Shown: one piece after another, positions 24,686 to 37,519 of the stretch
How positions within the stretch are numbered: position 1 is the stretch's first letter
How the letters are laid out: each line of letters starts with the position of its first letter
Assembly (NCBI RefSeq): GCF_018977255.1
Contig: NW_024704753.1
Span: 3,286,001-3,350,000 of the forward strand
Source: Callorhinchus milii
Lineage: Eukaryota
Length of the DNA stretch: 64,000 nt
Reading direction: 5' to 3'
Made by a program: the position numbers and the translations under genes
Notes under the pieces: generated by a model
What the model was told of the DNA's origin: nothing
Databases searched by the model: none
What the model saw: only the letters and a program-made list of their open reading frames with translations

Positions 24686-25914
24686 AGCCCTGATCATCAC
24701 TATAACAGTTAAGACACACTTTATTCCTTTCGTAAGCACACAAAGCAGATTTACACAGAGAAGGCTGAGATCACTGTAAATACTATAGGTACTTCCTCGG
24801 GTATTATGGATCTCCGAGCGAAACCCTGAAGTGCAATTTTTGAGTTACAAGATGCTTCTGATAGCATTTAATCTCTTTGAGGAGAAAAATTTTCAAGCTC
24901 AGGAGTTTTCTTTTTTGCAAAACAGACCATTTCATCCCTGAAGGAGTCTTTATTTTACTTGTATCCCTTCGCAGATTCCACATTTCCTGACTCACACACA
25001 ACCGATCCTTGTAATTATAATTTCTCTTCCATAAGAAGCTTTCATCTGGAGGATCTTAATTTCCCCAGTGTTGCTTTGCTCAGTTGGCAGACAGGCTTCT
25101 CTCACTTGTGCACTGAACAATTTCACATTTAAAGACCACTTTCCTCATTGTGCCCAGATAACCTTTTAATTGAGGCAGAGTATTTCAGCGAGAGTATCAT
25201 TGGCGGACAGGCTTGCACTTCTAATTTTCTCTAAGCAGTTTTGACATTTCCTTTGCACGTTCCTGCCTCCAGGCGACTCTGACACTGTGTCCTGTCCTTC
25301 GCTGTAACAAAGCCTGTCTCGGTTGGCAGCACTTTCTCTCCCTTCTGAGTCAGCAAATTGTGGGTTCAAACCCCACGTCGAGATTTTGAACTTGCACAGA
25401 AATGTCCTCGGGCCATCTCAAAGCGCTTCACGGGATTTTATGCTAAAGTGGAGTGACTGTGTATTTGTCGGGGAACATAACAGCTCATATGTAAGTGCAC
25501 AAGAGCAACCAACTTGATCAACAAACTAAATTTTCAAAAAGCTTTTTATCTGGTCCTAGTTTTTGTTCTGTTGCCATTGTATTTGTTTGCAAGTTGTTTC
25601 CAGCCACTGATTGATATGTAAATGTAGGACTAATTATACAACTGTCACCAAAATACACGACTTTACAACTCATCTTTAGAACTTCTCACTTTTTAGAGCT
25701 CACTGCTCCTTTGCAAATAGGGAAGCGACCTACAACCTTGTAGCACAATAAGAAGCCTTACATTTGTTACAGCGCCTTTATTGTCCGGAGGAAATCAAAT
25801 GCTTCACAGGATATGCAGTAAAGTGTCGTGGCTGTGTATTTTGTAAGCGAACAAGGCAGTAAATTTGCGCATGGTGACATCCCACAAACAGCTGTGCAGT
25901 GCATAACTGATTTT

Positions 25915-26125
25915 ATTGGAAGGCACTGCCTGAAAGGATGGTGGAAACAGATTAAATAACAACTTTCAAAAGGGAATTAGATAGGTACTTGAAAAGGAAA
26001 AAATTGCAAGGACATGGGGAAAGAGCGGGAGAGTGGGACTGATTGAGTAGCTCTTCCAAAGAGCTGGCCCAAGCACGATGAGCCGAATGGCATCCTTCTA
26101 TGTAGTAAGATTCTATGATTCTATC
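25915..26125 (+). mobile_element. CR1 LINE 3' end
   Basis: LPERMVETD*ITTFKRELDRYL-like translation plus a gccgaatggc..ccttct...ttctatgattctat tail. Confidence 0.85.
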
Positions 26126-26732
26126 TGTGGTTCTATCTGGGGGATTGTCGGCCACGAAACTGGGAGACAAAGCAATGGTAAACAGCAATATAGCATAATA
26201 CTTCTCAAAAGCAGAATTCTGAAGAGGGAGTGCACATTGTCAGTGTAAATCTTGAGGTCAAAAGGATATTTACTTCACTTAATAACCAATTATGGTTGCA
26301 AATGATTAGACGGAGGCTGATTTAAACGCACAGTGTTACATGACGACTTACATTCTTATAGCAAAGGAAATATATCCTAAATGCAGAATGATCAAATTAT
26401 AGTTCAATAGTTCTTGGCACTGAAATGTTCGGACAAAGTGCTGCTTGCTGTGATTCAGTACATAATGCCTATGATAATAATAATTCATTTTGCTTTTACT
26501 ATCAGAGTGCCGCATGCTCCCATCAGAGTAAATGACTTTTGCTGCAATAAATGTAATTTCAGTTCACTGGCTTTTATGCCTGTACTTACAACTCATTTGC
26601 TCTAATGCAAATGGACTTCAAGGGGCTGCGGAATGATAAACGCAGGTGGGAAGAGGGGGTTATCCTAGACTAGTCACTGCAGGATTGGAATGCGGAATGA
26701 GCTAAAGGAGTCTGGATGATTGAACTATTACA

Positions 26733-26902
26733 GAGTCCTGTAGCGTATCGGTTGGAGCACTCGCCTTGCAAGCGAGAGGACCTGGGTTTGATTTCTGGGC
26801 AAGGCGAAATGTTAGGCAAGTTTCCTTACTCCACACACCTCTGCTTACCAAGCAGTAACCTGGTTGTTAGTAGATTGACGGATTGCTTTTCTGGGAGTAA
26901 TA
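26733..26902 (+). mobile_element. Type II SINE 5' half
   Basis: Head followed by ggcaagtttccttactccacacacctctgcttacc. Confidence 0.85.
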
Positions 26903-26904
26903 CA

Positions 26905-27283
26905 GCAACAACAACAACAACAAGATTACATTTGTATAGCGCCTTTCACTTCGGGAGGACATCCCAAGGGGCTGGACAGTGTACAGCATTTCAGACCCAA
27001 GCAGGGCTCAGGGGAGTAGAAGGGAGGGGAGGGGAAGGGGGGGTGGCCGATGGCATGGTCGAAGAGGAGGGTCTTGAGGCGGGACTTGAAGGAGGCTAAG
27101 GTGGGGGCGAGGCCGAGTGATTGGGGGATGGAATTCCAGAGGTTGGGGGCAGAGTGACTGAAGGCTCTCCCGCCAGTGGTGGGGCGGGTGGGCCGGGGGA
27201 CATGGAGCAGGCCGGTGCCTGTTGAGCGGAGGGAACGGGCGGGTGGATAAGGGGTTAGGAGGTCGCAGAGGTAGGGTGGGGCT
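26905..27283 (-). mobile_element. Well-preserved L2 LINE 3' end
   Basis: Open frame APPYLCDLLTPYPPARSLRS...TGGRAFSHSAPNLWNSIP...SFKSRLKTLLF, stem-loop tail and (TTG)n end. Confidence 0.92.
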
Positions 27284-27407
27284 ATAATAATAATGATAAT
27301 AATAATAATCCTTGCATTTGATATAGTGCTTTTCACGTCTTCTAGACGTTTCAAAGCGCTTCACAGGATATCTGTAAAGTGAATTGACTGTATATTTGTG
27401 GGCGAAT
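27284..27407 (-). mobile_element. SINE 3' fragment
   Basis: (TAA)n followed by the family tail. Confidence 0.9.
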
Positions 27408-29439
27408 AGTCGAGGAGAAGATGCAAGCAATGGAAGGTGGCAGAAGTTGACTTGAATGAAGTTAGTAAGTATTAAACCCAGATTTATCATAACGTTTGCA
27501 GCCTTTCCAGCTGAAACCACAAAGATATTATGTGATAGTGTAGATAGTGGCAATGTATACACTTGACCTACGCACCATAAAGCTCTGAGCCATTAATCTC
27601 TGGATCGGCTGTGACTGTCCCATTATGTGGTCAAAGTTTGTTGACCGGCAAATAATACGAGGAGCGAAGAGAAAACAGATTCCTCTGCAATATGACTGCA
27701 ATCACCAGCCAGCTTCGTGTCCTTTCCTCCCCCCACCCCCCAACCCCCCCTCCGCACCCCCACCACCTTTTCCTGCCTGTAAGATATCCTTAAGATCTAT
27801 CTTTCCAACCGTGCTTTCAGTGACTTGAGGAAGATCTCTGTAAGCGCTGACGTGATGCCCTCCAATTCCCCTTCCACGAGCTGGCAACAAGCTGGTGGCC
27901 CTTTTAGAAAGGACACTCTGTCCAGCTGCCTTGTCCGTACCTGAGCTGGATCGTATCCGAGGGACTGGAGCAATCCCTTTGTACATGGAGCTGGTACAGG
28001 GATATTGTTTGCGGTGGGATTTATTCGGCACTGTGTACGCAGCAGGACGTTTGCACAGGGAGGGAGTGATTTGCTGTGTTGTGTTGTGCTGTGTTGTGAA
28101 TACGCTGTCCGAGTTTGTCTCCATTACTTGTGATTTTGTAATTTAGCTCGTGAACCTGGGGTGGCCTTGATGCATAGATCACAAGCCTCCCCAGAGCTCA
28201 CCGCATTACCTCAACCCTCGGTGAACACGGTCAGCGAAGAAAGCCCTAAATAATAATAATAATAATAATAATCCTTGCATTTCACGTCGGGAGGACGTCC
28301 CTAACCTAACCTAATCTAAGGAGATGCCCTAACCCTGTGAAACGGACTCTTTGTCTTTGCCTCGTGCACAGAATGTGTTGTTGCGTAGTAAGGGTAGCCT
28401 GGCTGTAGCATAAAAAATGCAGATCAAATGATCTCCGATCGAATTGGAAACGAATACGGCTGTACTTGCTTCCTGCCCTCACGCACGTTAGCTTCCGATC
28501 TTGCCGATCTTTATCCCAGCGGCAGTCAAAGAAGTTAACAATAACCCTTGCGTTTCGATACCAACGCCTTTTCGTCACGTCCCAGAGAAGCCTCGAAGGG
28601 CTTCACAGGGCCCTCCTGTAAAGTGCGGTGAACTTGCATTCCATGAGCGCCCGGTTCGCGCCACGGTTGACGTCCCGCAAACAGCCGTGGAGCAAAGGGC
28701 CAGTTTTTAACCGACGAGGGGAAAAGCTGTGCACGGAGATGCCCTTTGCACATGATCACTCGCTGCACATCACAGAGCAGCTCCTGCCAAAGGCAACTAA
28801 TCAGTGGCAGATTTTAGACGGTAACCGATAAAGCGCCTTGATCTGATTTACATTGATTGTGTAATGATAGACTTTCTACACGTATTGACGGGCTGTTTTT
28901 GTCCCTCTGCCTTTGACTGCGCGTGAACTGCACGGCTGAGAGATTTGGTGTAGAATCTGAGCTCTTTTCGGATCGACACGTTCCCTACCTAATTCGAAAT
29001 GTAAAACCTGACACTGAGCGTTCTCTTGTCATTGTGAAGGAATACAATCACAGGCCTTGCGGGATCACATGGTAGATGTAATTGGCCCAATAAGCGATAC
29101 GACATATTATTGTGCTTCCGTTCAATAGAAGTGAATGGGATGCCTTTCTGCACCAGTTATTATCCATTATCTGGCACAATGGCAAGGGGAAAATATTAAT
29201 TTTCTTTTTTTTTGTACAACACTGCTCTTTTTCCCCATGAAAGGCAGACAAAGTGTTGAAATTCATGCCGAACGAATAATTGATTCCACTGCTATCGCAG
29301 GCAGAGACTGCAGAGACTGTAGACTGTCTCAAGGCTTGCACCCAGGTTTCAGTTTCACAGTGAGTCTGTGCGGTAACCCTATGTTGGGGGACTTTGAGCT
29401 CACAGTCCAGGGCTGATTCTGGGAAGTGGGGGGAGAGGT

Positions 29440-29550
29440 AGAGAGAGGGGGTGCCTAATTGTCGGAGGTGCCGTTCCTTCGGATGAGACATTAAACTAAG
29501 GTCCGATCTGCACCTGTCCTAGGGGACGTTAAACGTCCCATCGGTGCATG
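29440..29550 (+). mobile_element. Deu-domain SINE core fragment
   Basis: tgtcggaggtgccgttccttcggatgagacattaaac...gacgttaaacgtccca. Confidence 0.75.
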
Positions 29551-30217
29551 GCTGTGGGTTGATATTCCCGAGGCAAGCTGATCTGCTGTTACTGCAAAGG
29601 GAAATTAAAAAAGCAGTGCACATGGAAATGAAGAGTGATAACTCTCCTTTTCTGCTGCAGGGTCTCTTTGATAAACGGAGCCTGTTTAGATATTTAGATC
29701 GATCGCTGGCGATTGATCCCAACGCTCTCTCTCTCGCTGAGGGGCTGAGGCTGCGGCTTTTTAAAGAAACTTACAGCAAGTCGGCTTGAAAGTTGAAACC
29801 GTGTTTAAGAATCCGCCAAGTTCTGGGGTCTCCAAAGTGCTACGCAAATAGAGTCAATCGAGACGCAGGTGGAACTGTCTTTCCTCATAAATGGTCGAGG
29901 GCTCCCTCGGGTTCCGAACATCTAAGCTCACTTCACACGTTAGCAGATGGGTTAATCGAGCGATAGGACCGCAACCCACACGTTTCGTTATGATTGAACA
30001 CCAAGTTATTGTGACCTTTTGGAAATCAATACGGGTGCCACATTTCAGAACATCACACGCTCAATTGGGAGCCCTTTCCTTTACCTTTAAGCCCAGGAGC
30101 AACGAAATCTACATACGATATTCTAAATGTGGCCGAACAAGGTGACAGTGACTCTGTTCAATCTCAACCAATTTGTATTGGAAATGTAACCTTGGTGCTC
30201 GTTTAACTCATTGATAA

Positions 30218-31024
30218 CCTGTCGCTCAGTGGTTAGAGCACTCACCTCGCAAGCGGGAGACCTGAGTTTGATTCCCGGGCAGGACGAAATGTGCATAGAA
30301 TCATAGAATTATACAGCACAGAAGGAGGCCATTCGGCCCATCGTGTGTGTGTTGGCTCTTTGAGAAGAGCTATCCGATTCAATCCCACTCCCTTCTCTCT
30401 CCCCATAGCCCTGCAAACGTGTCCTCCCCACATATCTATTTACTTCTCTCTTAAAAGTTATTATCGGATCGGCTTCCACGACCCTTTCAGGCAATGCATT
30501 CCAGATCCCAACAATTCGCTGTGTGAAAAATTTCTCCTCAGTTCCCCTCTGTTTCTTTTAACAACTATTTGAAATCAGTGTCCTCGGGTTACCGACCCAC
30601 CCACCCTCCAGTAGAAATAGTTTCTCCTTGTTCACCCTAGCGAATCCCCTCATAATTTTGAAAGCTTCTATTAAGTCTCCTCTTAACCGTCTCTGCTCCA
30701 AGGAGAATAATCCCAGGTTCTCCAGCCTCTCCTGTTAGGCAAGTTTCCCTACTCCACACACTTCTGATTACATAGCGGTAAGTAGGAACCCGGTTTTAAC
30801 CAATTGGCAGATTGCTTTTCCAGGGATAATAATTCCTTGAAAAAAAATTATAAATTGGTCACTCAATCCTCGACTGTTTATGGGCAGACCTGTGTGCAAT
30901 TGGCTGCCGCGTTCCGCCCACCAAATATACAGTCAATTCACTTTACAGCATTTTCTGTGAAGCGCTTTGAGACGTCTCAAAGATGTGATAAGGCGCTGTA
31001 TCAAATGCAAGCATTGCATTATTA
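30218..31024 (+). mobile_element. Type II SINE interrupted by a CR1 insertion
   Basis: Head 30218-30292 (...ggacgaaatgt) resumes as tgttaggcaag at 30733 and runs to the tail. Confidence 0.88.
30294..30732 (-). mobile_element. CR1 LINE 3' end
   Basis: The minus strand translates ERLENLGLFSLEQRRLRGDLIEAFKIMRGFARVNKEKLF...PERVVEADPIITFKREVNRY and ends in a (ttctatga)n tail. Confidence 0.92.
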
Positions 31025-31559
31025 GAGCCGTGTTGCATTGACTGGAAGCTATCAGTGAACGGTGAGTGACTGTGAAATTATATGTCATCCTGGCTTCAAT
31101 GTTTGTTATTGTCTGATCCTTCCAGATAGTACTGTGCGTGCTTATTCCACATGTTTTGCCTTTCAAAAATGTTCTTGTGCTGCTCTGATTGTGATTACAG
31201 TTTACGAAAGCCCTCAGCGCACACATACTGCTCTTACTGCCTGCTGCCCAATGGCACTGCTGGCTATTTCACACCAGATCATTCCAATTTGTCTGGAAGC
31301 AGTGAAGAGCGAGGCCAAGTGAACGAGATAATGAAATGATGCGGGCTGTGTCCCCAAACAACATTCTTTACAGTTTTTTTGTCAATCGCGCAATTTCTAT
31401 TCGTGGCCATAAACTGTTCAGATGGACAAAGTCCCATAATAAATAGGACGGGACAAGTTCCTGTAATGTCAGTGTACCAGTCTGCACTGCGATTTATCAA
31501 CATGTTCATTCATAAACCAACAGGTTTCGTCACAATTCTTCACGTAGTCGAGGTCCAGT

Positions 31560-32010
31560 GCAGAGATTTTGCATTGTCGGAGGTGCCGTCCTCTGACGAG
31601 ACGTTAAACCGGGTTTTCTTTGTGCCTGTTTAGGTGGGCGTAAAGGAACATTACTCTTTAATTAATTAATAAATTATCTAACGTTTCGCCCACAGTCGGT
31701 TCACTTTGCAGTGTATCCTGCAAAGCGCTTTGTGCTAAGGCGCTATATCAAATGCAAGGATTATTATTATTATTATTCAAAAAGAAAAGGGTAGTTTCTC
31801 CCAGTGTCCTGGCTGACAATGCCTCAGATAAAACTGGTCATGCGCATCGTGGTGGTTTGTGGCGACACTGGGCTGTGAAAGTTGGCTGCCCCATTCACCT
31901 ACAAAATGCACAAGTCACTGTCCATTACAGCGAATCCTGTGAAGTGCATTGACACGTCTCACCCTAAGTGAGGGTGCAAAGATTAATCAAATGCAAGGAT
32001 TATTATGACT
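31560..32010 (+). mobile_element. Cluster of Deu-SINE and SINE-tail fragments
   Basis: Deu core at 31575 (tgtcggaggtgccgtcctctgacgagacgttaaacc) and tails at about 31770 and 32005. Confidence 0.7.
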
Positions 32011-32656
32011 AATAATTCTGAGTTGCTGTGGTTTGACCTCAGGAGGCACTAATTCTCCCTCTGAAAGCTAATTCTTCCCTCCGTCTCCGGTGACAAACGT
32101 CCTGTCACCTCCTGCGAGATGAAGGAGATCATTTTGTTTGGGGATGATTGTCTCCGACATCTTTCTAGGTCACCAACCTAACATCATTAACACATTCCTT
32201 GACACATGTTTAACCACTGATAGACTTGTTCCCCCAGCCACCTACTGACCCCCAGGGCAGTCGGGTTACTCTCTGGAAACAACATCGAGATGAAGACATC
32301 CCTCCTGGCACCTCATCAATTCTTGCTCCTCGTTCAAGGAAATCGATTCTCTTCAGATTCTGCAGTCATTTTGAGCCGAAGAGAGAGAAGAAAACCCTCG
32401 GCTGATGGCATTAGCCGCACACTAATTTATTGGAGTCAATCAGCACATTTCTGGCTTGTTAAGCTGCTTAAAGCAGTTATTGGAAAAATCACTTGCTTCA
32501 GAGGCTTAATTTAGCATTAGTCGTGAATCCCGGTGTAATGAAAGTCATAAATCAAATGTTAGCTGTTTCTGAAGTAACTGGGTGGTGTTATTTCCTGCTT
32601 TTACCCAAATACTCCAATAGTGCGACACTGGAAACCACCTTTGTGTGTTTCTCAAA

Positions 32657-33190
32657 TAACAATAATAATAATCCTTGCATTTGATATAGCGCTTTTCACG
32701 TCGGGAGGACGTCCCAAAGCGCTGCACAGAACACACTGTAAACAACAACAACAACAACAAGATTCCATTTATAGAGCGCCTTTCACGTCGGGAGGACGTC
32801 CCAAGGCGCTGTACAGTTGGGTCAGGACCCGAGCAGGGGGGAGATGGTCAGGGTGAGGGGAGGGAAGGGAGGGAGCGAGGAGGGGGTAGAGAGTCGAGAG
32901 GGGAGCTGAAGGCACGGTCAAAGAGAATTAAATGCACAAGTCACTGTTAAAGTGAATTGACTGTATATTTGTGGGCGAACGCGGCAGCCAATTGCGCACA
33001 GCAATGTCCCACAAACAGTCATAGATTGAAAATGACCAATTTTTATTATTGTTTTTGGTTTTGGAGGGATTATTATTAGGCTCTGTGTGGAGTAAGGAAA
33101 CTTGCCCAAGGTTTCGCCCTCTGCCTGGAATTGAACTCAGGTCTCTCGCTTGCAAAGCGAGTGCTCTAACCACTGAGCTACAGGACTCCA
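32657..33190 (-). mobile_element. Type I SINE interrupted by an L2 3' fragment (about 32742-32930)
   Basis: The SINE breaks at cactgtaaa (32734-32742) and resumes at cactgttaaa (32942-32951). The insert starts with (CAA)n and the L2 tail. Confidence 0.9.
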
Positions 33191-33254
33191 CTACACTACA
33201 CTAATCTAGGGGTTCTGGCCCAGTTATGGTGGCCTTTCATTATGTCAAATGGTA

Positions 33255-33510
33255 ATGATAATAATAATAACAATAATAATCCTTGCATTTGATTCTAGAC
33301 GTCTCAAAGTGCTTCACAGAATAGACTGTAAAGTGAATTGACTGTATATTTGTGGGCGAAACGCCGCAGCTAATTATGCGCAGCAGTGCCCCCACAAACA
33401 CCGTGGATTGAGAGACCAAATTGTTATTGGATTTTTTTTTCTTGAGGGATTATTCTCAGGCGTGTGGAGTAAGCAAACTTGCCCAAGGTTTCGCTCCGCC
33501 GGGAATCAAA
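33255..33510 (-). mobile_element. Diverged type I SINE with deletions
   Basis: Tail with a stem-loop deletion, body, and partial head. Confidence 0.8.
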
Positions 33511-35147
33511 CAATGCTGGCTTTGGATATCGCGCCTCACCAGTTCGTCGGAACTTCTCAAAGCGCTTCGCAGCATTCCCGGCAAAAGAGTCGGGACCTTG
33601 ATTTGTAGGCGAACGCAGCAGGCAATCTGAGCGCGCAGCAAAGTCTCACGAACGGTCATGGGATGGTGTGCAAATTGGCTGCTGCGTTTACCTACAAAAT
33701 ATCCAGTCGCTCCGTTCGACAGCATGAGTGTGCTGTGAAGTGCCTTGAGAGATCCTCCCGACGTGCACTGTGTTAAATGTAAGGCTTCGTTTTAATCCAA
33801 CATTCCTCATAATTAACAATAATCAATGCCATGCCATCGATTGTTCTCAGAAAGCCTCGAGGGTGGACAAGCTTTTCATCGACCAGAGCGTGGCAAAGAT
33901 TCATTTGAATAAATAAACTCTTAACCTCGTCTACCAATCGCGGCATTGGGAAGTGCAATGCCCGGGGAAAAAAAACAACCAAGCCATCCTTTCGGAGGTT
34001 TTGGAATCTCTCCGGTGCGAATAGTTCGAGGCAACAGATGAAATGCTATGATTACTCGCTAACCCGTCGTGTTTTATTGTCATGTCTTTGAGCAAATGTT
34101 TTCAGTCGCCTCACGCCTTCTCGAATTACACTGAGAAGCAAAACACACGGTTTAAGACGAGTCCGTAACACCGTCCCTTTGTCTTGACAGTGGGTTAGAC
34201 CAAGAGACAAGGCGATAAGCGGTAAGACAATGCCAGGGACTAAACGAAAAACTCTTTCACAGAGCCAGCACGGGCTTGATGAGACACGAGACCTCCTTTC
34301 TGTGCTGTAAAATTATTTTCTTTTTCTTTTTAAAACTCGTGGCGGTGTCCAGTTATTTTTCAGGGGCTTCTCCCCAATGCAGTGCGACTCATCTTTCAGA
34401 CGTCTCAAAGCGCTTCGCAGAATATACTGTGACGTGAATTGACTGGATACCTTGTGGCCAAAACAGTGTCCCACAATCAGTCGTGGATTGAAACACCAAA
34501 TTATTATTGTTGTATTTATTTTGAAGGGACTATATCTTATCGCAGACGCTTATTAGGTTTCCAAATGGATTCATATATGCTGAATTTTATGAGGATATTT
34601 CACCCCGATATTGAAGAGTAGTAATTAAATTCACTGCTATCGTTCTCTCTCTGTCTCCCTCCCAATTTCTCCTTAGCTTTCCTTTCTTTGTTCCATTTAC
34701 ATTCCACTTCCACAATTTACCGATGGCTTCTGATGTCTACTGATGTCTTCTTGTCATTATTATCATCATTATTCTGATAATGGCTTCCCAAGTCCTGTGC
34801 TATTTTCTTTGGCTCAGGAACGCTTGCTCCCTGAAGATGCCCCTTGTTGCCCTCCTCAACTTCTCTGTTCGACTCCCATTACAGCACAAAATAAGCTTCA
34901 ATTCTCAAAATTGAAAATCACTTTGCGGCAAATTCAGAGGCAGAGAATGCACGAAGGGTCTGAGAGGGAACGCAACTTGAAATTACAGTGGAATTTTTCG
35001 CTGGGAGCTCGAGAGAATTGGGTTTGATGTGAGCTGGCGTTCAAAGGATACATTCCATCAATTGCGTTACAGATTGCGTAGAGAAATTAAACCCAAATTT
35101 AGAAATTGAGCAATGTAACCTAACCCTTAGATTCAGTTTCACAGAAG

Positions 35148-35365
35148 CAGAGAATTATACAGCAGAGAAGGAGGCCATTCGGCCCATAGTTCCCGTGCCA
35201 GCTCTTTGAAAGAGCTTTCCAAATGAATCCCACTCCCCCGCTCTCTCCTCATAACCCTGCAACTTTGTACTCCCCAAATATCTATCTACTTCTCTCTTGA
35301 ATATTGATATCGAATCTGCTTTCACCACTCTTTCAGGCAAAGCATTTCAGATCCGAACAACTCGG
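35148..35365 (-). mobile_element. CR1 LINE 3' end
   Basis: ORF track: PERVVKADSISIFKREVDRYLG...MGRMASFSAV. Confidence 0.88.
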
Positions 35366-35400
35366 ATCTTCAAAGCCGTTAAATAATAATAATAATAATA

Positions 35401-35705
35401 AGGGCGAAACCTGAGGCAAGTTTCCTTACGCCACGCACCTCTGCTTACCTAGCAGTAAGTAGGATCCCGGTTGTTGGTCGATTGGCAGATTGCTATCCAG
35501 GGTAATAATACCTTTTAGAAAAAAATAACTATTTGGTCACTCAATCCACGGCTATTTGTGGGGACGCTGCTGTGCGCAATTGGTTGCCGCATTTCAGCTC
35601 ACAAAATATACAGTCAATTCCCTTTACAGTATATTCTTTGTAGCACTTTTAAGTCATCTCAACGACCTGATAAGGCGCTGTATCAACTGCAAGGATTATT
35701 ATCAT
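35401..35705 (+). mobile_element. Type II SINE, 5'-truncated
   Basis: gggcgaaacctgaggcaag...ctctgcttacctagcagtaagtaggatcccgg, followed by the tail. Confidence 0.85.
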
Positions 35706-36504
35706 ATAATTTTAGCCTTTCACATCGGGTGGACATCTCAAAGTGCTTCGCAGGATTTGCTGTCAAGTGTAGTGACTGCGCATTTCGTGGGCAATCAACT
35801 TTTGCATTGCCGATGGAGGCGGGCTTGCAGCAAGAACGGAGCTTGGCCTTGAAACAAAACATTTTATCCGCCAATAACAATCTTAACAATGCTCCTGGCA
35901 TTAAACGCTCAAAGCTGGAAGAGAAAAGATTGAGGTGAAGAGTTCATGAGTAGGATTATAGGAATCTAAAAGTGGTAAACCAGATAGTATCTGTGAATGC
36001 TTTGAGCTTCATAGTTAAGTGGAGCTGGTTTGGGGGGGAAACCAAGTTGATGCAAGACAGATGGTCTGTGTTTCAATTAAATGTGAGTGCAGGAGCCAGT
36101 CGCTCATGTAGATTGGAGGATCATGATTCATTTGAATTGGATTCGGTGATGGGAAGATTCAGAGTAATAAATAATAACAATGATGGAGATAACCAAAGTG
36201 CATTGAGCGAGTGAGTGAGTTTCGAGAGGCTGAATGAATGACGATCAGGCCAAAGCATGAAATGCAGATTTCTCCCAAGGGTCAAATAGAGAAGTGAAGG
36301 TGTTGAAGGATAGGCCCTTTGGTGAGAACGCTTCAATATTGTGGTGAATAACGTTATTAATATTAATAATAATTCTTGCATTTGATATAGCGCTTTTCAC
36401 ACTGGAAAGTGCATCTCAAAGCATTTAACATGACAACATATAATGACAACATAACAGGCAGAAGAGTAGCAATGTGTGCAAGAGAGGATATTATAATACA
36501 ATAC

Positions 36505-36955
36505 AAAATTACATTTGTAGAGAGCTTTTCATGTCAGAAGGACGTCAGAAGGGGCTTGGAGTAAGGGACGGTAGAGGCCAGGGAGGGTAGGAGGGTGGCT
36601 GAAGCCACAGTCAAAGAGGAAGGTCTTGAGAAGTGCCTTGAAGGAGGCAACGGAGGGAGCGAGCGAGGCAAAGGGAATGTGGGGTGGAGTTTCAAAGGGT
36701 GGGGGCGGAGAGGCTGAAGGCCCGACCGCCGATGGTGGGATGGACCGGGCGGAGGATGTGGAGCAAGCCAAAGCCCACTGAGCGGAAGGAACGGACAGGT
36801 TGATAAAGGGTTAGCGGGTCACAGAGGTAGGAAAGGGCAAAGCCATGGAGGACCTTGAAGGTGAGCCACAATAAGCCACAATAAGAAAACAATGAATTGG
36901 CTTGCAGGGTGCGGATGAGACGGGGTGTGGGTGTTGTCAAGGCGAGGAAAGGATA
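36505..36955 (-). mobile_element. L2 LINE 3' fragment
   Basis: LTFKVLHGFALSYLCDPLTLYQPVRSFRS...IGGRAFSLSAPTL. Confidence 0.88.
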
Positions 36956-37519
36956 GAAGGTTAATATTGATTCTGATTATAAAACCTCAGGGAAAGGAGA
37001 GGAGACAGACAGCAAGATAGCAGTAAATTTGCTCTTGCTGTTAAGGAAGGACTGTTGAAAAACAACATTAAAGAACAGTGAAGAACATTAAACGTAGAAA
37101 GGTGAGGCATTGCAAGATCTAAAATCAGTGGAGGAAAAGCTAACTCCTGAGGTAGTGTTGCTTCTGAACCGTTCATCACATGGGAGATGGATGGATTGAG
37201 GATCGAATGCATAGTAATGAATTATGGATCCTGCCTCTCATTCTGACCCCGAGGCTAAGAGCAGTTCAATTGTCTGCCCACGTTCCTCTTCACTCAACCA
37301 CTGACGATTGCTTGGGGGGGGTGGGGGGGATGGTGTGTGGGTGCAGTTGAGCAGGCCAGGCCTGTCTGTTGCACATGATGATGGGTAGTTGCCCAGGTCT
37401 GGCCCTCGATGGGAGTATATCGATCATCATTCTTCTCCTCCTCGCCTTTAATGGGGCCGAGAGAGAGACATAGAATTACCCCGAGGAGTAGGATTTTAGC
37501 CGAGCAGTCGATATCGCGA

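Noticed and set aside
26926-27354. 142-aa ORF with protein-like composition
   Set aside because: It is the C-terminal end of L2 ORF2 fused to a SINE tail, with no RT or endonuclease domain. It is a 5'-truncated insertion.
27921-27950. Partial REST/NRSE-like motif
   Set aside because: It has too many mismatches to TTCAGCACCnnGGACAGCGCC to support a call.
28628-28831. 'KGPVF' motif as a possible contactin Ig1 exon
   Set aside because: It adjoins a degraded SINE, has no acceptor, and the following residues do not match EP...FP...CEA.GNP.
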